Shown in pieces: positions 1 through 13,300 of a stretch of 64,000 bases of DNA (position 1 is its first letter; every line of letters begins with the position of its first letter). The notes beneath the pieces are model-generated. The model saw only the letters and a list, made by a program, of their open reading frames with translations, did not search any database and was not told the origin of the DNA. The position numbers were made by a program, and so were the translations under genes. The DNA comes from Klebsormidium nitens (Eukaryota > Plantae > Klebsormidiophyceae). The stretch covers positions 16,791 through 80,790 of the forward strand of contig DF237297.1 in NCBI GenBank assembly GCA_000708835.1, in the 5' to 3' direction.

Positions 1-1281
1 TCCTTCGAATTCCTCGGGAGTGCGAACATCAACATAGTGATGTCCTGCATCAACAAGCTCTTTTGCAACTTGCACAGGGACGCTCCGCACACCTGGAAGC
101 AAAAGCAGAGGCTGTCACCGCCAAGCTATGGGGCAGATCAAGCTTACAACCATTTTGTAGGGGGGACAAGACATGAAGTAATACATGATTGGGGTTGTGG
201 ATCAATGTAACTGAAAGATCTGAGAATCTAACTGCTCATACTGTAAAAGTGCTTTAGCAGGTCCTCTGCATTAGGCAATTCCTCAGCTCAGTTGATCTAA
301 GAGCTACAACTTTACCTGGGGCTTCGGACGCGGCTGCTGCATACAATCGGGCCGATACCTGCGCCGAGGGCCTGCGTACGCAGAACACAGATTCAGCCAG
401 CCGCAGAGCAGTCAGTTTGGCCATTTCAATTTGATCGCGAGCATTTACTATCTCTCCGACAAGGAACGGGTTCCATGGATGCGCATGTGAACTGCCAAGA
501 AGGCAGAAAGTCTCAGCTCCAAGACCGAAGACGATGATCAAAACATCTTTGGCATAGGCAAGCAGAGACAGTTCAGGATAGAAGGAGGGTTGACAAGAAA
601 TGAACCGCCGACACTATGCAAGAGACACAGTTCTTGCACCCAAGAAATACTGTGGACATGAACAAACCAGCATGCTTCTCGCGGTGAAGGCAACACATCA
701 GCTCACCTTCGAATGCGCACATCGGAACGCTGGTAAGCAGTAATGCAAGAAGCAAAACGAGAATCTTGTTGCAACTGTGGGTTGGCTCTGCAGAAACGGG
801 ATACGATAGCTGTAGCCACAAATTGCTTTTGCAGTCTGTTTGCAGAGTTTGTTCTTGACTGGAATGCAAAACTAGAAAAAGGATAACTGAAAAGCTCCTG
901 GGCTGTCTACTCAAGCTAGCCTAGTCTCAACATTCCATTCAGTTTACAAGCTAGAACAGTAACCATGTCTGCAGCCGTAGCTCTTAGCGTTTTCTTCTAG
1001 GTTGCCAGTCTAGAAGCCTGTGAACAAGAAACAAACAGTAGAAAGATTCTCAAGCTGATAAGACACCCAACCTGTGCACGTACAAAGCCTGGAACTAAAC
1101 AACAACGTCAACGAATTTTCAAGACCATAAAGTACAGTGCACATACAAATCCTAAATCTCACCTGTTCAAAACCTGAGGCCACAAGCAAAAAGGCGACAA
1201 GTCCCCCCGCAACCGCTGTGCAGAGCCTGTGAAAGATGTTAGCAATGACTTGCCAGAAACAGCACAAATTGAAGACGCCAT
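1..1281 (-). CDS. Rhodanese-like single-domain sulfurtransferase (STR16/HAC1-like) with putative plastid transit peptide; 3' part runs off the window
   Basis: Exon 1-92 reads VRSVPVQVAKELVDAGHHYVDVRTPEEFEG, matching the rhodanese 'DVRTPEEF..GH' motif. An upstream exon ending at 316 (…AAAASEAP g|GT) joins it in phase. First exon 1174-1281 is MASSICAVSGKSLLTSFTGSAQRLRGDLSPFCLWPQ with a GT donor. The internal exon structure between 316 and 1174 is not fully resolved. Confidence 0.8.
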
Positions 1282-2944
1282 TTTACGACCTACACTTTGC
1301 TGAAGCGTCACTGCTTTGCCCCAGATACTGTCCAGCAGTTGTATCTCAACAAACCAGAAGAGGGAGGCAAGCGGCAACTTAGAGGGGCGGCAGCAAGCAA
1401 GGGGAAATGGCGGCCGAAGAGAAGGGAATAAGCAAAATTGGGCATTCCCTTTTGAGGTGCTGCTGTACTGAGCTGTGCTGCAGCAAGGACGCCCTGGGCC
1501 CAGGCATGGGCATGAGTCATGACCTCGCCCTCGGAGTCTCGGACAGAGACGAAAATCCTGCGCTGGCTGACTAGACCCCTGACTCAGCAGCTCGTCATTC
1601 GAACTTGACACTAAAAAGGTTTGCTTTTGGTTCCGGGGCCTCGGCCCGACAAGATCGTACGACGTCGTCTTCCACCGGGGAGTGCTGTATGACAGAGTTC
1701 ACCCGGGCCGCTGGTGCCAGATGCTTGCTTGATGGTGTCAAATCATGAAGCGAGCGCTTTGCACTTTCTGACACGATCCTCACGTGGCAGCCAAGTGTGC
1801 ATGCACTTTGGATATTGTCGACACCGGACTGCCGAACCGTACGATCAGAATAACATCGACGGTATCGCGGTGCAGTAAAAGGTTGCACGTGCCCTCGCAG
1901 GATTTTACACTGGTCAGTTGCGAAGTTCCTGCTGGATGCACTTTGCCAGGCAGAGGCAGACAATTTCAGAAGGGAAAAGGGGGAAGTTTGCAGAGGACGG
2001 TACGTACACGGTACAGCCATTCCACTGCAAGAGACCAATGCTTGGCATAGGCACTTTCATTGTGGGAGGCATCCTGGATTTCTGGGCCTGAACCAGTTTC
2101 TGCTAGGTGGCAGAGCATGGCCTAAGTTTGTTTTCTGTAAGATATCAATGTGCAGAGGCTGAGTGCTGTATAAGGCTCCGAAAGAAAGCGCACACCTTGG
2201 CGGTGTTCCAATTTAACCTTGGAGCTTCTTTCACGTTGATTTCAACAAGTGCAATCATGGCGTCAGCTGCAACAGCCCGCTCTGTGGTTCTACTGCCCAA
2301 CGGCGCCGCAGCAAGCTCCATACAGCAACCTACGACGCGTAGATGTCCAGCCGCTGCTGCTGTTTCCAGGTCAGAATTGCGCCTGAAAAGTGCAATGCAC
2401 CACTCATCGTGCACGTATCAATGTCGCACTGTGCTCATTGCATTTGTGAGTTTGTGCTGAAAGTGGCAAAGGGTGATTGCCAAAATTTCAGAGCAGGAAA
2501 CTACATTTGCACTCATGCTGTTTGAGCGCACGCCTTCTGTGTGGCATGGTCTAATTGAGACTACTGGATTGGCAAGCAAACGTCCCATGAGCACCACTCC
2601 TGTCAATCATCCTCAGCTACTTCAAAGATCGCCACTGCGCCATTATCCCAATTGCCTTCAACAGACTAACGAGTCTGAACTTCATTGAGCTTTGATCGCG
2701 CTTGTCTGCTAGTCCGCGGACTTCGCCCTACGGGCCTGCTAGCAAGGCAGTCCTCCATCAGCGGCGCAGTGACAATTGCATCGGTTAACATTTTCTCACC
2801 CATGCCTGCAGGACCAGTCCTTTCCTTGGCTCACGAACACTATGTCCTCATGGCAGCAGAGAAAAGCTGCTCAGACTAGTTCACGAAGGTCTATGCCCAC
2901 GACCGGGGCGCCATCATTCTGCAGCTGCGAGGCCAGGGCGAACG

Positions 2945-5900
2945 ATGGCCAGCACAGCTATGCAAGATCGCGTGCGTGTGCTGGATGGAAAGAGCAAGTA
3001 CACAATCGCAGTGTTGCCAGGGGACGGACAGGTGCGGCACTTGATTTCAGACAATGTCTCTTCAAAAAGCTTTTGGTGCTTCAAACAAGTATTCGCTGAC
3101 CAGCGGCGTTTGTACGCTATCGCGGAAGCGTCCATCAGAAAATCCGCCACCACTTTGATATACAGGGTCTTCAGATGAGCAGTGGGAGCTGAGATTGATG
3201 CGCTGTTATATAATGAAGGAAGTTAACCCAGGTCGAGAGGCCATGAAATAGTGTTGAACTGAATTGAAGGGTACCAAGATCAGAATTAGTAAAGGGGTTC
3301 GAGCAGAAGAAGCACCCCAGACTGTTCTAACTAGAGACCTGTTCAGGTACTTGGTGGCAGAAGGTGGTCGCTCTTAAAGATCGTAAACCGTACCACTCCT
3401 TTCTCCTTACAATTCTCAGACGTCGCTACGTGCAAAAAGCTGATCAGCGTGACACCAAAGCTTCGATTGTTTGCAGGGGCCTCAAGTTATGGAAGTCGCC
3501 AAGAAGGTTTTGTCGGCGCTCTCCACCACCTCGGGGGTGGACTTTGAGTTCCGGGAAGGTCACGTCGGCCTGACTGCTCTGGAATCGACTGGCAGCATTC
3601 TGCCAGAGGACACCATCAGCTTGTGCAAGTCAGTGGACGCTGTGTTGCTGGGGGGGCTCTCAGGGAAGATCCTGGAGAATGATGTGAGTGGGCCAGACTG
3701 GGCCAACTGCGGTGTGGCGAACAACTGCGTCAAACAACCCCTTTCGAGTCCACCAATGAGCTTTTATGCATGATGCGCATCAGAGAGGCTCCTCGATGCA
3801 GGGTTCTAGCGGCGCACCTTTCGTATCGACCATTCCTGACCTGGCAAGGAACGGGATACATTCATAACGTGCGTCTAAACTGCGATAAATCTTGGGTGTC
3901 TTGGGGTTCTCTTAAGCAAGCACCGGACACCCTGCATAAATATGTTGACGTTTGATTGTCGGATACTTTTTGTAGGTGGATTCTGATCAAACTTTCACCT
4001 TCTATCCGCCCTTCCGGTCTTCTGTCTGCCTGGTGCTTTGTCCCTTCTCGTGAAAGCAAAACGTGTCTTCCAGGACGTCCCACTACGGTCCCGTGTGCTC
4101 AAGAAGTTGCGGTCAGAGATGGACCTGTACTGCCAGCTGTCACCGGCCAAGGCGTTTGAGCAGCTGCTGGAGGACTACTCCCTCAAGGTGGAGTCGCTCA
4201 GGGGCACCGACATGATCATTGTGCGGGAGATTGGGTGCGTTTTTGCGCACCTTCTTGTGAAATCCGGTAGCTTGTTCTGCGCTCTTACGAGTAAGTTTTT
4301 GGGCTAGTCTGGCAACGTGACGCAGCATTTCGTAACTTTGTCCTGAGAAGCGTTCTCGTCCAGGAGTATGGCCCCCGACCGGATGCCAGGGCCCGAGCGC
4401 ATATGAAGATGCCACAAGTAGAACGGTAGTGCGGCATGCTGAAAGTAAGGCGCCATGGGGTTACTGCGATCAGGGCCAAGTACACATTGTGTCTATAAGT
4501 GTGTATAGTCGAATCAAAGGCTGGGAGTGCTGTTTCACCAAGCCAGAAGCTTAAGGCGGACTCTCGTTCGATACAGTTTCTCCCTTGGCAGAGGTCCTTT
4601 GGAGACGCAACGGTGGTCCCTATACCTTCCTTTGGGTGACCGTTAATCTCCCCGAGATGTTTCCGGTCTCCTACCAGTCTGGGTGTTCGGGAACTCTCAA
4701 GATGTGGGTCCTGGTTGCAGTGGTGGCATCTACACTGGCCAGCAGGGCCGCGAGGACCTTCCCAGCGGCGGCCAGCGGGCGTTCAGTACCGCAAGCTACA
4801 CGCGGGAAGAAGTGGAGCGGATTGCGCACGCAGCATTCGGCCTGGCGCGGCAACGCAAGCGGCAGCTTGTGTCAGTGGACCTGGCAAACTACCTGGAAGT
4901 GTCTGTCTTCTGGCGCGAGGTGGGGCCTCTTACTTTGGCGCCTAGCCCGAGATTAGCTCAATCACTGAGCAGGTTTTCCTCTAGGTTGAAAGGGACCTTG
5001 AGGGACGGAGAACGGAAAGTTACAGATTTAGTGCTAGGTGGTGCTTCTTAGCTGAGGCCAGGAATCAGCTTTAGTCAGCCCGAGGCTTCCTAGAGTGGTA
5101 GGTCGTTGATATTGGAAAGCGGGTTGGAGGGGACCGTATCTCAGAGCTACGTGGCTCTTCGTTGCCCCATCGAATTTGGAGGGGCAGCAAATTTGTGCAG
5201 AGTGTAGCGCATCATGCTCGTCCGTTTTCCCCAGCCGATCGCCCCAAACTATCGACAGTCGCGAAACGCTTTGGACTCTTCGGATCCACTCGTGTCCTCT
5301 TAGACCGGGGCCAGGTTCTCGTTTCAAAGAGTGACGTCCAGTTCCCTTTCATGCTGAGGTGTCGTATCGGGTTACTGATATCACGGCTTTTCCGTGTGCA
5401 TAGATCTTCACCCGCTTGGGCAAGGAGGAGTACCCCGACGTGGAGCTCCGTCACGAGTTGGCCGACGACTTCGCAACCCGTCTCGTGCAGGTCAGCCGCC
5501 GCTGAACGTGGAATTATTACCTTTCTCACCAATACAAGGACTCGAAGTGCCAACGAGGGCACTTGACTGAGAAATGAAACCAAGGCTTCCGCAATCCGCA
5601 CCTGCACCCACCCTAATCTCTTAGCCAAGCTCAACCGTCCCACGGCTCTGACCTTACCTTTCTTGGCGCTTACCCTCCTTGAGATTGCTCGATGTCCGTC
5701 CGGAGGCGTTTCACTCGGCAACTCTCATGCAGCGTAATGTCTTTCGCGGGAGTATATCATTCACAGCAAACATCCAACTTCTGCGTACAGGTATCGCATC
5801 TGTTGCTCTGTGAGTTCGAACGATCCGAGGCGTTAGGGTGCAAAAAATTGCCATTTGTATACATTACACTGTTGGCGGATGACGCCCACTTGGACCTTCC

Positions 5901-8610
5901 GAAGTTAACCGTTTGTATCGATTCTGTACACAAGTTTCGCCAAAACACCGGAGTTTTCCAGCCTCATCATCAGAAGAAATGCATGTTTCCCTGCGAGAAG
6001 AAGCCGCCACTCTCTGGACATTTGTCCACCGTCGCCAGAAGGTGAACGTGAATTGCTGAAGTCTGAGCGCGAGGGAACGACCCCTTTTCGAAGATGCGGT
6101 CTTCAGTGCTCTTTCCAGACGCTACAGAAAACGCGACCGCAGCCCGCAGCCCGCCACCTCTCGACACGCTAGAGTCAGACTTTGCGTTCAGCACTGAAGA
6201 ATGCCGTTTCATCGCCTAAACTGAGTAGATGAAACTCCTAATTTCGAACATCGTCGTGAAAAGTGGTCTTTGGTTCAGAACCCCGCCCGCTACGACGTGG
6301 TGAGCATGGGCAATTTGCTGGGCGATATTCTGGTGGAGTCGGCCCGCGGGATCACGGGAGGCAAGCCCATGTCCCCCACCGCGGAGTTCGGCGCCCCCGG
6401 CACGCCCGGCATCTTCGGGTGAGCCTCGTTGTAACAATCTGCGGTTTGGAGTGCACGTTGTTAATGGAGTAGCAAAAAGGATGTTCTGAGGAATCGTTTT
6501 CAGAAGAGGGATCATGAAAGAAGGAAAGGGCACGTGCATCTTGATCGATCCAGGAAACAGTGAGCCTATTAAATAGTTAGTGGGACGGGTGGGGTGAGTT
6601 AGAGGATTGAGGTGGGTTACGGGTGCGAGAATGTGAACCTTACTTCAGACACACGAAAAGCACACGAGAGGCTTACTGTTCAGAGGGGCTTAGTTATTCT
6701 TCAAGCGAGAGAGTGTCATAGAACATGGACCCAAGCCCGCCGATACAGGCCCCGCCCCAGTAAGCGTTATCAACTGCCATTTGCCACAGAAAGCCGGCGA
6801 TCTGTCAAATTGTAACAAACGCAGGGTCGAAGCTGGCCATTTTTTGTACTCAAACGCCATCTCAAGGATTATCCACAAATTCGTCGATTCATGCACGAGC
6901 CTCTGGTTTTCGTACCGAAGTGCGGGGCTGAAGTGCCCTCTGGTTGCGCAGGTACCCCGGTTCGTATGAGACGGTCCAGGTGGAAGGAGCCAAGGAGACG
7001 GCCAACCCGCTAGGGTCAGTCCTCCGTACAATCCATCTCAGTGGGCACTCCTCTTCATGGTGCTCACTACGATCTTCTTCAGTGTGCGCTTCTCTTGATG
7101 GATCTTCCCTGATCGACAAGTGCTCCAAGAAAACCGATTGTAGGCCGGGCTTTGCCAGCTCGGTGAAACCCATTCAGCTAGAGCGACTCTCGACGGTGCT
7201 TTCCTGGTCGGATAATGTTTCATGAAAAGCAGTTGCGAGCGAGGCTTTGATAGCCGCATGGCCGAGATACACGAGTCGTGATTATTATTACAGAGATGCG
7301 TACTTCCGCAATCCGTTACGTTGGTACAAAGAGTCCCCTTTTCCAGTCGCCGGTCTTCGGCAGAACTTTCAGCGTTACTTCGGACACGGCCCGTGTCTTG
7401 TGCGCGAGACACTCTCTGATACAGACGCGCACGCTTTGTCTTAAACCAAAGCCCAACTGTCTCTTTGCGGCGAACTGGGGTGTTCCGCGGATACTGACGC
7501 GAGTCTGCTCTTGCAGGCTCATTCGCTCCGTGTCCATGATGTTGCGGTACCAGTTCGAAAAGGTACGAACCCTCCTCCGCGTTCGGTTTACGACAAACTT
7601 TGACTGTACCTGACGTTGTGATTTGAGGCGCGGCGTGAAGCTCGTTTAGTAAGGATGCTTTGCGCTTTAGTGGATCGAGTCTGTCTGGGTCATGCTAGTG
7701 GTTACGAGCGCCAGGCGATGTTCATTCGAATAACTCGCGTCTAGGTTCAGCTCCCGCCGGCGTCCCCTCATATAAGCAGCCTTCGAATTTGGATTGGCTG
7801 GACATATAGGTATAAAAGCGTTTTGACCACCATGCTGAGCCCACGTATCCGCCCTTGCACGTCGCTGCTCGACGGGCCATCGTTTCCCAGTCATTCGCTC
7901 TCCTTTTTATGAAGCTCTGTGGGTTACCACATCGATTCCACACGTTTTTTCTTCCAATGCGGCTTTACGTCCCAGGACCGTCTCGATTGTTATACCGGTG
8001 CTGCTGCCCGTTGCAGACTTCCTGCCATGAGTCCGCTTTCCGCAAAGTCTGCAGCTCGTGCTGGCATACCTGGTTCAAGAAGACAGTAATGCTCTTTTGG
8101 CCTTGAGCTTCGAATGTGTCCTCCTGACGCACGCTGATACTTTGAGTTACTCACATGGCAGGACTCGCTTCTGCAGCCCGTGTTGGCGATAAGAGTGTGC
8201 TGGCGGGCAATCCGCGGATGCTTATTTGCAATCTAATATCGAAAGCCTCAGGCTTGAAGTCTGGCTTTTGAAACATCATGTCCTTTCTAAGACGCCGGCC
8301 GTCCGTGTTGGCGAGGCTGGTTCAAGAAGCCTTCAAGAGCGTGCTGGCGGACACATCTGGACGTTTTTTACACGCTTTCATTCCTTGCGAACGTTCAAGT
8401 CTGATGTTTCTCCTCTCCAATTTTGCGCAGCCTGTGTTGGCGGACCTGGTTCAAGAGGCCATCAAGAGCGTGCTGGCGGACAAGATTCGGACGCCGGACA
8501 TGGTGGTCGTGCCCAAGGCGCCGGACAATGCGCCGTTCTCGGTGTGGCCCAAGCTGCAGACGGTGGACTGCGAAGAGATGGGCGACCGCCTGGTGCAAGC
8601 CATGGAGTGA
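2945..8610 (+). CDS. 3-isopropylmalate dehydrogenase (LeuB/IPMDH)-like protein with degenerate active site, about 389 aa
   Basis: In-phase GT-AG exons 2945-3031, 3477-3683, 4074-4234, 4721-4919, 5404-5490, 6279-6418, 6952-7014, 7517-7562 and 8431-8610. Motifs: IAVLPGDGQGP, DAVLLGG, IVREIGGGIYTG, YTREEVERIAHAAF, EYPDVEL, GDIL, ANPLG, RTPDM. The true start could lie further upstream. Confidence 0.88.
8049..8482 (+). repeat. Three decayed intronic copies of the IPMDH-like last-exon acceptor and 5' end
   Basis: Copies at 8049-8082, 8171-8209 and 8297-8353 resemble 8428-8482. Segment 8305-8353 matches 8434-8482 at 44/49 nt. Confidence 0.85.
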
Positions 8611-9439
8611 GTGGTCGCTCTCGTGCCCACACGCCTCCGCTGTCCGAAAACCCGCAATCTCTGTTGCAGTCGCTGCCTAAGTATGCAAGAATGGTGCATG
8701 TCGCTGTGTGTGCTTGTGTATTGCATGCGCCTCGATTGCATGCTGCATTCAAATGGCTTTGAATGAAAGACAGCGGGACGGCTCAACTATTGTGTGTCAC
8801 ATATTTCCAATAACCCTGAGCTTGCGACTCGAGTTGCTTTTGAGACAGAAATGCACAGATGGTATCCGATCAGCAATACAGTTGAGGAGAGGCATGCATT
8901 CTCCAGTGCTCTCCTTCTACAAGTAGGAAATTTGCAGGCCGGTGATTCGCGGTGCTTTTTAAGCAGATTTTGCGAAAGCAACAGTAGGTCTAAGATGACG
9001 TCCTTTCCAACGCTTTTGACACCCTGTGGATTGTACTGGTCTCAGGTACTATCAAAGCTTCAAGGTGACGGGAAACCCGGTCGAAGTTGGAGAGTAGCGG
9101 GCCCAGCCATGTCTTGGGACCACTTGACAGCACGTAGTGAAGCGAGAGTGTTGTAGCATGTACCATGTGAGGCATAGTATGTCGGTATTGTAACATGTGC
9201 ACGAGCATCCAGTTGCTTGAGAAAATTGAGCGCTGAAATGAGTAGATTTGCAAACGACCGGCAGATTTATTGACAGCACATCTGTACACATTCTTGGAAG
9301 ATGGGGGTTGTAACTTTCCAACAGCTTCCGGCCCCGAACTTGAAGACTCAGGAACCCTTCGATCAAGTTCCAATTCACGTTGCTTGAACCAGTTACTCAC
9401 AATCACAATCAAATTGCACAAAATTTCGGTGGGCTGGCT

Positions 9440-9830
9440 TCTTCGATCGGCGCATGAACATGTCAGGTCAATTCATAGGTCTGACTACGATTGCATATAT
9501 AATTGAACAAGGGTGATCACTCGCGCGCTTGGACCATGTCCATGGCCCCGCGTACGATCCATGTCACTCATGTACGAGATCCGGTATGCATGCCAGGCCC
9601 GGTGGCACATGCAAATATATCTATCGCTAGCTCTACGTCTACATTGCAATGATGCATGCATACTGCATGTGCGCAATGATGCTTTCTAAGTTGCAGCCTT
9701 ATCATGAAAATGCGACTCGCACTGCATGTGAAATGTGCGCCACGCGCAACTGAGCACTAGTGGTATATCATGTTTCAGCCATGCAATCGTTTTCTGACGC
9801 ATCATTCATACATTCATCGCGCGTATTACT
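9440..9830. repeat. Palindrome-dense island 1 (between IPMDH-like and TOM40 3' ends)
   Basis: GTGATCAC 9513-9520, ATTGCAAT 9643-9650, ATGCATGCAT 9652-9661, plus many 6-mers (CGATCG, CGCGCG, CCATGG, CGTACG, GCTAGC, TGCGCA, TCATGA, ACTAGT). Confidence 0.75.
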
Positions 9831-10386
9831 TAGTCAATGCAGAATTGACATTGGATGTTCCGACGGAATCTATGATTCATAGAAACGAAACATCGCGCGC
9901 GAGCCAAGAACACCCTTGACTTCAAGGAAGGAGATACACCGGATTGATTACATCGAGAAACAGGAAACCTCATGCTCGGATCAGCTTTGTAGACCATCTT
10001 CAATAAGTATCCTCCATATGGGTCAACTGAGAAACAGTGCCAAACATCTTGGACCGAAAGACTTGCCAGCACTTCTGGCAATCAATGTTGCCAGCCCGAC
10101 TTTGATTGACAACCAGCAGAACTCAGGAAAAGTTCAAGCTGCCAACTAGGTGCCCAGTTGGTGCTTTTCGTTGCAACCAACAAGATGGTTGTATGCACAA
10201 CCGTCAATCATTCAGAAGCATTTTTCAGAGGCGTCGCTTGCCCAGTCGCTCAGAGCTAGAGGACTTTTACTGACAACAAACAATCTGACCTACGCTTGCG
10301 ATTGTTGGATCGAAGCCTTCCCAGCCTCAACATTCCGCGACACTCACCTGATCCTGCCTAGCCATATCTACACAAAGAATCCTCAG

Positions 10387-13300
10387 CTACTCTCCGACAG
10401 TCATGCCAAAACCGAACTTGTAATCCTTCCGCCAGTGGTCAACCTGCACCAGCGAAACGGGGGTCAATCTTAAATCAAGGAGACTGATACATGCAAGGGA
10501 GGCTGTGAGAAGGAGTGAAAGCGGGAGGCTGCGAACCGGGAAGCTGCGATAAAACGATGATACGACGACCAGACAACTGACCGGGCGGATTATGCGAATT
10601 TGGAAACGGGCGATGTGCTAATGGATAGGGTCGTTCGAACTATAAGCCAAGACGGGGAACCCAATGAATCTGAGAAGCAAAAATAAAAAAGGACCAACAA
10701 TATCCTCAGTAAACAAGGCCCGAAAGCAAAAACAATTGCAACCCGTTTCCGTGCATCTACGTGCGTGGGCGCCTCATACCTGATCAGAACACTCGGCAAA
10801 TAAGCCGAGTACATATACCTCAAAAAGACTAGGCGAAACCGGCATTTTGGCACATCAAGTTACTAGATACACGGAAAGAGTGAGCCAAGATAAACAAATT
10901 TGGTAATCAGAGTTCGAGCAACCGACTCAACGGACGGGATGGCACAACTTAGGATGTTAAGAAGGCGTGCAAGGACGGGTGGCACGGAGCGCGCACCTCG
11001 GCCGACAGCAGCAGGTTGACGCCCACGTTCAACCTCTCCTCAAGCAGTGCGCCCACAACACCGTTCGTGTCCAGCTTCCCTCGAAGGCGGCACTGCGCTC
11101 AGCAAAGAAAAAGTTAGCAGAAAGATCTCGAGAAGGCGGGCTTAGTTGCAACCCGCGAAGACGACAGCCTGCTGAATCTGAGAACGTGAGGACAACAAGG
11201 TGGGTTTGGAGGAAGGCAAGTCGGAGCAAAGACCGATAGCAAAGGGAGAAACATGCTCATTCCTAGGGGCGGCGGTTCCACTTTCCGTAAGCTACTCTCA
11301 GCACTGGTGACATCCTCCCGGCCCGATGTTTCCAACAACTACGGAGCTTTACCGAAGTTCGACGAACTGTCCGTTCGAACAACCTCAGAGCAAAAGGTCT
11401 GTCGCCGCTACCCCTAGCCAAGAAGCGCCAGAGGGTGTCTGTTGTGGTACCCCTCTTGCAGACGCTGAACTCTGACATCGGAAACAGAATGGATAAGCCG
11501 CCCAGATGCTGGCTGCTGCCGCCGGGAAAACAAGCTTTTGATTTGATGGAGCGGAGCGACTCACTGATCTCAAGTTGTAGTCGTAGCCTACTGAGGACAC
11601 CGCCTCGCCGTTCTTCCAGTTGTACGACAGGTCGCTCGCAAGGTTCACCTGATCGGCCGAGTCACAGCCCTTTAGGTGGGTACAAAGAAGAATGCAAACT
11701 TCTACCCAGGGACTCGTTCACTTCCTCCGTTCGTCATATAAGAATTCCGCCCTTCTTCAAGAAAGCTCCATGATGACAAAGGTTCACAACCTGGGCGGCA
11801 TATGGAAGCACTTGCAGGCGCAGTGTGGGAGATGGAAAAGCGAATCCTGAATTTCGCAGCTATCAGACCCAAAGTCCGAGCGAGGAACCTCCAGAGACCG
11901 ATACGAGTCCATCGCAGAGTCCCAGATACGAGGCAGCATGTTTCAAGCCCTCTCAGTGGGGTGTCCGACCGAGGCCCCTGAAAAGATACGGGTGCCCGCA
12001 CGGGCCAGGCTTACTCAACAACTTCTCCCAGACGTCTTCATATCTAACTGAACCGACGAAGTGTCCGCCAATAATCCTTGCTTAGTTGCCCTGCTCAATA
12101 CCAGGTTTGCACACGTGCACTCGACTTTGCCCCGAATCCAGAAGGGTGTAGTGGGGACTTCCTCACCTTGTCACTGAGCTTGTGACTGTACGTCAGTGCC
12201 GCCATGCCCGTGCTGGCCACCTGCGCGGAGAAGACCTGCGCGCGCACACAGAGCACAATTACAATAAGGCAGCTGAGCGGAACTGGTGCCCAGAAGCGCA
12301 GTTGAGAGTCACCTCTGAAGAGACACGGTTACACTGAACCGACTGAACTGCATTTGCCCGGAACGACAGACCGAAATATTCGACTTTACGATGAGATCGG
12401 CATGGAGACCGCTCGAAACTTTCAGAATTACTGTCGCTTTTCTTGCAGCGTTGGTGTCCGTCTTACACCAGCCTCCAAAGGGTCTCTCCCGCAACTTGAC
12501 AAACGGTAAAGCATCGAACAGCTTGCCAAGGGCTCCCCCCGCCAGTCCACGAGCCAAAATCGTCGTTTTTAAGCTACTCTCCACTAATATTGGGGAAAGC
12601 TCCCTGGAAAACTGAGGAAAAACTGAGGAAAAACTTCCTGCTCTTCCGCGCTTTGGAATACGAGAAGCGGGAAGAAAAAAGAGCAAGCAGATGCAGTGAT
12701 GCTCTCACCCCCTTCCCTTCCTGGTGTCTCAGCGCCAAACCATAGCCCGACTTTCTTTGCTTGCCCAGCCAAAAGATTTCCCCGCCGAGAGAAAGGGTCT
12801 TGGTGACGCTCTGCGCAACAAAAGCACATCACTTCTGAGCTGAGAAGTAACTCAACTCCTCGCCGAATGGTCAGGGAACAGATCAAGGAAGCAAGTGCAT
12901 CGAAAACCGCATCCACTCACTAGACTGAGGCACAATAACACGTAAGACATGGGCTCAAAGCGCAGAACACGACATGAAGTACTTATGATTACGGATAGCA
13001 GAAGTCCTCAAAAGACGGCTCGTACCTGAAGGTAGTTAAAGGAGTAGAAGGCGTTGTTCCCCAGCTTTATCTGGGCTTGGTAGTCGGGTCCCTGCGAACA
13101 GAGATGTTGGGCAGTTCAATCAGCCAGTCCAGGATCCTGTCACGTGCATATTCCATCGTGGTACTACTGAGTGCAGTATTTGAAACGCCCATCTACGTCT
13201 TGAATGCTACGGCGCAAGGAAGACACCAAGTTACAAAAGCAGGGCGTGATCAAATCGAACGGCCTCTTGCATGTGCTCGAACGGATTCGAAGCACACAGC

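Noticed and set aside
1595-2688. ORFs in the rhodanese/IPMDH divergent interval, one with an ankyrin-like AAAAGHLRVV
   Set aside because: Only one partial motif, no coherent splice chain, and non-ATG starts; cannot be supported as a gene.
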